Shown: in pieces, positions 58,764-64,000 of the stretch | Position numbering within the stretch: the stretch's first letter is position 1 | How the letters are laid out: every line of letters starts with the position of its first letter | Translations under genes and position numbers: made by a program | The notes under the pieces: model-generated | What the model was told of the DNA's origin: nothing | Seen by the model: the letters and a program-made list of their open reading frames with translations, nothing else | Database searches by the model: none | Source: an uncultured Thermoplasmata archaeon | GTDB taxonomy: Archaea > Thermoplasmatota > Thermoplasmata > Halarchaeoplasmatales > Halarchaeoplasmataceae | Length of the DNA stretch: 64,000 nt | Direction: 5' to 3' | Assembly (NCBI GenBank): GCA_964602715.1 | Contig: CAZRSB010000002.1 | Coordinates: 1,309-65,308, forward strand

Positions 58764-59840
58764 TCATGCTGGAATGTCTTTTTTTTCAAATAGTTGGATC
58801 GCTACTAGAATCAAAATTAATGAAAATCCAAAAATAAAAAGAAAATCACTCGTAGAGTAGATCTCGTCAAAAAGCATCGTTTCATGGTCCCAATAAGATA
58901 CGATAGTGTAAGATTCCAGATATTCAAGCCCTTCTGATATACCAGCTACTATGTTGAGTCCGAACTGAAATAATATTATCAAAAATGAAAATCCTATAGC
59001 TTTCCTTGAATTTTCAAAGTAAACTGCTCCTAAAATAGAGACCGAAATTATCACCATAAAAATAGGCAGAGAAAGAACGGATGATAAAATCAAAGCGGAA
59101 GAAGAAACAGTATTGAGTTCTCCTATAGATTCCACTCCTACTATCATAACAAGCCCGATGATGGTCAAGAGTACAAGCATGAATAAGCATAAAGTCGTAA
59201 ATTTCTCCAATAAATACTGCTTTTTTGATAGAGTCGTTGAGAAGATTATATCCATCCTTCTCTCTTCAAAATCTTTAGCAACGCTGTTCACTGAAACATA
59301 ACTTAAATAAAGTCCTATCAAAAGTACCCACCACATATCCCACAACATCGATATCATGCCCCGTATATCCCTGATATCTGTGCCCCATACTGCCTCAAAC
59401 CTGTCCAACCTGTCTACGGTTGATTGAATGCCTACCAGCTCCCTGTCTTCTTCACCTTCCCTCATAACTGCGAAGTATCTCTCTGGAGTTTCACCATCAA
59501 CTTTTTCTAATACTATCTCATGTGAACGATTTTCTATATTTTCCCATTTTTCTAGGGGTACTGTGAAAGTTTCTCTATTGCTCATAAGGACGGCATATAT
59601 GTTCTCATCATCTTTCTCCTCCCATCTCTCCCAATTCAATCTTACAGTTATATTATCATTATCTTCTACGATTTCGATATCAATGTTTTCTTCTCCTTCT
59701 AGTTTGTCCTCAAATCCAGCAGCTACCGATGGATGGGCCTGAATGAAACCTGCTATTAATAATACTACTATTATTAAAAAGATCAACAGACCTTTCCAGC
59801 TGTTTTTTAACTCCATCACCATCGTGTTCCCAAACTTCAT
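58764..59840 (-). CDS. ABC-2-type exporter permease (paralog B)
   Basis: Same architecture and shared motifs (MDIIFSTPLSKKQYLIEKF / MDIIFSTTLSKKQYLLEKF; C-terminal FEKKDIPA). Its start overlaps the ATPase gene end by 4 bp. Confidence 0.55.
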   Translation of the reverse strand: MKFGNTMVMELKNSWKGLLIFLIIVVLLIAGFIQAHPSVAAGFEDKLEGEENIDIEIVEDNDNITVRLNWERWEEKDDENIYAVLMSNRETFTVPLEKWENIENRSHEIVLEKVDGETPERYFAVMREGEEDRELVGIQSTVDRLDRFEAVWGTDIRDIRGMISMLWDMWWVLLIGLYLSYVSVNSVAKDFEERRMDIIFSTTLSKKQYLLEKFTTLCLFMLVLLTIIGLVMIVGVESIGELNTVSSSALILSSVLSLPIFMVIISVSILGAVYFENSRKAIGFSFLIILFQFGLNIVAGISEGLEYLESYTIVSYWDHETMLFDEIYSTSDFLFIFGFSLILILVAIQLFEKKDIPA

Positions 59841-60745
59841 TCACCATTGCCTCCACGAGAGTAATACGTCAAGAATAGCTGTTCTAAGCTGAATGTTTCT
59901 AAAGACATGTTAAGGATATTTTGTTTTGAGATGGCTTTTATCACTTTATCTAAGTTACTCGTTACAATCATCGTAGCTCTCCGTCCATCTATCTTAAAGT
60001 CCTCGATACCTTCCATTTGGAACAAACTCGCATCTACTGAGTTTTCGAATTCGACTTCCAATTTTTTTCCCATCTTCTCTTTGAGTGACTCGATCCTTTC
60101 TACGACCTGTAATTCGCCATTCCTTATGATAGCAACTCTATCACAAACTTCTTCAACTTCTGCCAATATGTGAGATGACATAAAGATGGTCTTGCCTTTC
60201 TCTTTTTCCTCACGCAGTAATTCATAACACTTCTGCTGCATCAATGGGTCTAGACCTGAGGTTGGTTCATCCATTATTATAAGATCTTGATCTGCCATGA
60301 AGGCCTGTACTATCCCGACTTTTTGTTTATTACCTTTGGATAGATTACCATATTTTCTGTTCATATCTAATTCTAAACGTTCCGCTAAGTCTATCATCCT
60401 GTTTTTATCAGAAACACCACTTTGTGACAACAAATAATTTAAGATCGTCTCAACCTTCAAGTCAGAGTACATACCGAAATCTCCCGGGAGATAACCAGTG
60501 TTTCTTCTTATCTCTATCGAATCTTCATGGGAATCTAGGCCAAAAATTTTTACATTCCCATCTGTTTTTTGCAGTAGACCCAAACAAGTCCGAATTGTTG
60601 TTGTTTTCCCAGCTCCATTAGGTCCTAAAAAACCCAGTATTTCCCCTTTGTATACATCCAAATCAAGGTTTTTTATTCCTATCACATCTCCATATTTTTT
60701 TGTAAGATTTCTTATTTTCATTACAGGTTGTTTTTTTTCCTTCAT
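59837..60745 (-). CDS. ABC transporter ATP-binding protein (ABC-2 / DrrA-CcmA-like exporter ATPase)
   Basis: Walker A GPNGAGKTT, signature LSKGNKQKV, Walker B IIMDEPTSGLD. Confidence 0.85.
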   Translation of the reverse strand: MKEKKQPVMKIRNLTKKYGDVIGIKNLDLDVYKGEILGFLGPNGAGKTTTIRTCLGLLQKTDGNVKIFGLDSHEDSIEIRRNTGYLPGDFGMYSDLKVETILNYLLSQSGVSDKNRMIDLAERLELDMNRKYGNLSKGNKQKVGIVQAFMADQDLIIMDEPTSGLDPLMQQKCYELLREEKEKGKTIFMSSHILAEVEEVCDRVAIIRNGELQVVERIESLKEKMGKKLEVEFENSVDASLFQMEGIEDFKIDGRRATMIVTSNLDKVIKAISKQNILNMSLETFSLEQLFLTYYSRGGNGE

Positions 60746-60748
60746 GAT

Positions 60749-61393
60749 TTATCTCTCCCTCGATTCTTTGATGATTTTTTTTATTTCTCCCTCATATCTT
60801 TCATAAATCGAAGTCAAAAAATCATTTTCGGTACCTAACAATCGTTCTACTATCGATGCTCCTGCCATCATATCTCCAAATATGTCTTCAGAGAATGAGT
60901 TCTCTATCAGGAACAATCTTCCATAAAGCCAAAATTTTATAGTTTGTTCTGGATAGTTAGTCTCGAATATACCTTCATCTATACCCTGCTCTACTATCTT
61001 TGTAAGATATGGAGTCATCATTTCGACCATTTCGGTGTATAGCGGGTAGAATATCTTGGGCTCATCTCTGATCGGTAAGAAAGCTCCTAAAAACTCTTTC
61101 TTAGATTTAATTTGAAATGCCACATTTACAAATTCGATGAATTTTTCGTCGGCACTTTTTTTGCTGTCTTCTGTTATTTGTATGAGTTCATTTTCCATCT
61201 CATCTGCAGCTTTCATAGCTATTTCTTCTATCATTTCTTCCTTTGACTTAAAATAATAGTAAAAAAGGCCGTGAGAAACCCCTACTTCGTTACATATATC
61301 ATCTATTGAAGTTTCCTCATAGCCTTTCTCATAAAATAGCTCAGATGCTGCCTCAACGATTTTTTTTTCGGTCATCAAGTCTTCATCCTCCAT
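60749..61393 (-). CDS. TetR/AcrR-family transcriptional regulator
   Basis: N-terminal HTH IVEAASELFYEKGYEETSIDDICNEVGVSHGLFYYYFKSKEE; the first gene of the exporter operon. Confidence 0.8.
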   Translation of the reverse strand: MEDEDLMTEKKIVEAASELFYEKGYEETSIDDICNEVGVSHGLFYYYFKSKEEMIEEIAMKAADEMENELIQITEDSKKSADEKFIEFVNVAFQIKSKKEFLGAFLPIRDEPKIFYPLYTEMVEMMTPYLTKIVEQGIDEGIFETNYPEQTIKFWLYGRLFLIENSFSEDIFGDMMAGASIVERLLGTENDFLTSIYERYEGEIKKIIKESRER

Positions 61394-61572
61394 AACAAAC
61401 CACTGACTGACTGTCAGTTAATATGTTTACTACTTATTTATATTTTTTGCAAACACCGTCTTCACAATTTACTGAAAAACGCTTCGATTCTTTGCAAAAG
61501 TTTCTTTAGTGTGCAGGACTAGCTGTGGATGACGAGGAAGTTATTCCTCAAAGTTGCGTCTTCCACTATTAT

Positions 61573-64000
61573 TCATTTTTTTGTTTCATCCCATTTAGCC
61601 CAAACCATTAGGAACGCTGGAAGAACAAAAACCGCTACTATGAAACTGAATAAAAGAGCTAAAGCAGTAATACTACCGAATTGAGCTATAGGATATATCT
61701 CGGAAGTCGAAAGCACTCCAAAAGCGGCAATAGTAGTGACCGCAGAACCAAAGATCGCTCCACCCGTGTTTTGTACAGTCATATGCATCGCTTCGTAAAG
61801 ATCATCACATAGAGACCGTTCTTCTAGGAATCTATGGGAGATATGTATGCTGTAATCTACCCCCATACCTACAGTTAGAGCTGTTACTGTGACGGTCATG
61901 ACATTTAAGGGTATATCAGCAACGTACATGGTTCCAAGAATCCAAAGTGTTGCAAGACCGACTGGAATTGTAGTCAAAATTCCAACTGGTAATGATTTGT
62001 CCTTGAAGTAAAAGACTATACTCAAGGTTGAACCCACTATTATGAGGGTGAGGATCAAAGATTGAATTTGAGTATCTGTTAATTCGCTAGTAGTTTCTTG
62101 GGCTAACATGGAATTGCTTGTTATTTTCGGGGTGAACCCGGCCTCTTTTAATGGTTCAACATCCCTTTCTAACTCTTCTTCAAGTACAGCAGCATTATCT
62201 AGGTCTCTAGCTATTTTTTCTCCATCCTCAACTAACCTAATTATACCAACTGTATATCTGTAATCATCGTTAATTGATGTTCGATTTAGAACACTTCCTA
62301 TCGCGTTTCTGCTTTCTTCGAACTCAAAGAGCATGTTGTATAGCTCGGTAATATTGTCGTCAGGGATACCGTTATCGTTAAGGTCACTTGCTTCAAATGC
62401 GTCTATTATTGTTCTATTATATTCTGGGCTCCCTCTTGGAGCCGTTCCAAAGTTCTGAAGAACCGTAAGCGGTGAACGAACATCTCCTCCATTTCCTCCT
62501 ACCATCTCGCTATCTCGAATATTTTTTGTGGTTTCATTTACAGCATAAAGAAACTCACTATTGTCTATTTCTTCTCCATCAATCAAGATATAGGCATAGG
62601 ATGTTTCAACCTCAAACCGTTCTGATAAATATTTTATATTCTCACTTTGAGGTTGATCTTCAGGTAGAAAATCCTCGATATCAAATGTAGTATCTACATT
62701 AGCTGCACCATAAATCGATCCACCAGTTACCAATAGTACAACCAAAAGGACGATCCATGGATGCCTATCTGATGCGTCCGCAGAGGCAGACAAAATACCA
62801 CATATGAAATCTTGCCCTCGGCTTTTAGCTTTTTTAGCCAGTTGGTTAGCAGAATTCTTTTTATTTTTTTCTTTTTTCTTCTTTTTCTCTTTTCGTTCAT
62901 CATATAGTTGTACTACAGAAGGCAAGAAAGTAGTCATCAATATCAAGCTAGAAGTGATTCCCACGGCTGCAAGTGTACCGAATTGCTGCATAGCTCCTAT
63001 CTCACTGATTCGATTAGAAAGGAAACCTATCGCAGTGGTAAAAGTTGTGAGCACAAGGGCGCCTCCCACTGCCAAAATAGCTATGGAAGTGGATTCTTTT
63101 GGAGTATATTTTCTTTTTCTTTCTTCTCTGTATCTCATAACCATGTGGATCCCGTAATCTATCACCAATCCTGTTATGAGTATAGGTACAGCTATGATCA
63201 TAGGATTGAAATCATATCCCATCAACACCCCAAATCCAAAAGTCCATACGATTGCGATTCCCAATGCGCTAAGACTCAAAACAGTTTCGACAAAAGAACG
63301 GAACACGATGAAAAGAATTATAACAACAAGTATGAAAGCTATCGGTAAAAGTCTATTCATGCTCCTATCTGCACTTTCGTTTATCTCTTCCATCATAACT
63401 TGACCAGCAGAGACTCTGATCTCTGAATGTTCAGGCACATCGTCACCGATCTCGATTATTCTTCTCTGAGCGTCCAATCTATCTTCTCTTTCAACCTCTG
63501 GATCCATGAAAATCAAACCAATGGAGCTTTCGGCTCGGATATCTTCAGGGGAGAAATATTTGTCAACAGTTCCTGTGATCATTCCGTCCATCTGGTCCAG
63601 CATCGGTCCCAATCTTAGAGCGCTTTCGAACATCTCTTCGGTTTCTTCTACGGCGGTTCTGTTCTCGGTCACTGATTTGAGATAACTCTTCTGTAATCTC
63701 TCAGCCTCCCAATCCATTTCAGCCGAATTGTAAGTAGTTTTTATTTGTTCAAGGATTAGTTCCATCTCAGCAAGATACTCAATACCCTTATTTATGGGTG
63801 ACAAGATCTCTCTTACTGATTCATTCAATTCAGAAGAATCATATTCTATTAGATCCTGGACAATCCCCTTTACATCGTCATCATCCATGCCCTCTAGACG
63901 TTCCTTTTTTTCATCGATAGATAGTTCAAGCGAAGGAGGTTCCTCTAACCCATCAATCCCTTCTATATCGATCTGGCCCATCGGTTCAGCTATCCCAAAA
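61573..64000 (-). CDS. MMPL/RND-superfamily membrane transporter; the reading frame is open to the window edge, so the true start may lie beyond 64000
   Basis: Two 6-TM bundles separated by a large extracytoplasmic acidic domain, which is the typical MMPL/RND exporter architecture. No stop codon between the annotated ATG at 63981 and position 64000. Confidence 0.65.
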   Translation of the reverse strand, partial: FGIAEPMGQIDIEGIDGLEEPPSLELSIDEKKERLEGMDDDDVKGIVQDLIEYDSSELNESVREILSPINKGIEYLAEMELILEQIKTTYNSAEMDWEAERLQKSYLKSVTENRTAVEETEEMFESALRLGPMLDQMDGMITGTVDKYFSPEDIRAESSIGLIFMDPEVEREDRLDAQRRIIEIGDDVPEHSEIRVSAGQVMMEEINESADRSMNRLLPIAFILVVIILFIVFRSFVETVLSLSALGIAIVWTFGFGVLMGYDFNPMIIAVPILITGLVIDYGIHMVMRYREERKRKYTPKESTSIAILAVGGALVLTTFTTAIGFLSNRISEIGAMQQFGTLAAVGITSSLILMTTFLPSVVQLYDERKEKKKKKEKNKKNSANQLAKKAKSRGQDFICGILSASADASDRHPWIVLLVVLLVTGGSIYGAANVDTTFDIEDFLPEDQPQSENIKYLSERFEVETSYAYILIDGEEIDNSEFLYAVNETTKNIRDSEMVGGNGGDVRSPLTVLQNFGTAPRGSPEYNRTIIDAFEASDLNDNGIPDDNITELYNMLFEFEESRNAIGSVLNRTSINDDYRYTVGIIRLVEDGEKIARDLDNAAVLEEELERDVEPLKEAGFTPKITSNSMLAQETTSELTDTQIQSLILTLIIVGSTLSIVFYFKDKSLPVGILTTIPVGLATLWILGTMYVADIPLNVMTVTVTALTVGMGVDYSIHISHRFLEERSLCDDLYEAMHMTVQNTGGAIFGSAVTTIAAFGVLSTSEIYPIAQFGSITALALLFSFIVAVFVLPAFLMVWAKWDETKK

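Noticed and set aside
62804-63403. Plus-strand ORFs (75-146 aa) inside the MMPL transporter gene
   Set aside because: They are antisense to a long, confidently coding membrane-protein gene. The peptides are Cys/Ser/Tyr-rich with no motifs.

Overview
The window looks like 64 kb from a low-GC halophilic archaeon. Nearly every predicted protein is strongly acidic (rich in Asp/Glu), which fits a salt-in halophile. Archaeal markers include Hef helicase-nuclease, RtcB, DacZ diadenylate cyclase, RNase Z, PGF-CTERM sorting signals and Sm-like proteins. The gene set fits a Nanohaloarchaeota-like (DPANN) or Haloquadratum-like lineage, but I cannot place it from sequence alone.

Housekeeping genes I can support: oligopeptide ABC importer (a giant OppA-like binding protein followed by oppBCDF), rtcB, hef, RNase Z, dacZ, purL/purS, gyrB/gyrA, tRNA-Arg(TCT), an M32 carboxypeptidase, a tungsten-type aldehyde:ferredoxin oxidoreductase with two MoaD/SAMP-like ubiquitin-fold proteins, and a four-gene FAD/FeS dehydrogenase cluster resembling archaeal dye-linked L-proline dehydrogenase or heterotetrameric sarcosine oxidase.

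Accessory content is concentrated at 50.2-56.6 kb. Four paralogous, N-terminally anchored acidic surface proteins sit there, one of them a GLUG beta-helix adhesin-like protein. They are flanked by two paralogous membrane proteins that each combine a zinc ribbon, a helix-hairpin-helix motif and transmembrane helices. A fifth protein with the same conserved N-terminal transmembrane motif lies directly upstream of a HerA/FtsK-like P-loop ATPase at 23.5-25.3 kb. I read these together as a candidate pilin-like, surface-filament or adhesion system that does not appear to be described.

Other points of note:
- a roughly 900-bp GC-rich, apparently non-coding island with an internal repeat and strong hairpins next to the tRNA (candidate structured RNA)
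- a ParB/Srx-GNAT fusion protein
- an OppC permease carrying a roughly 850-residue acidic extracellular insertion
- an internally deleted IS630-type transposase remnant
- an ABC-2 exporter with duplicated permeases, a TetR regulator and an MMPL/RND transporter
- no CRISPR array and no rRNA
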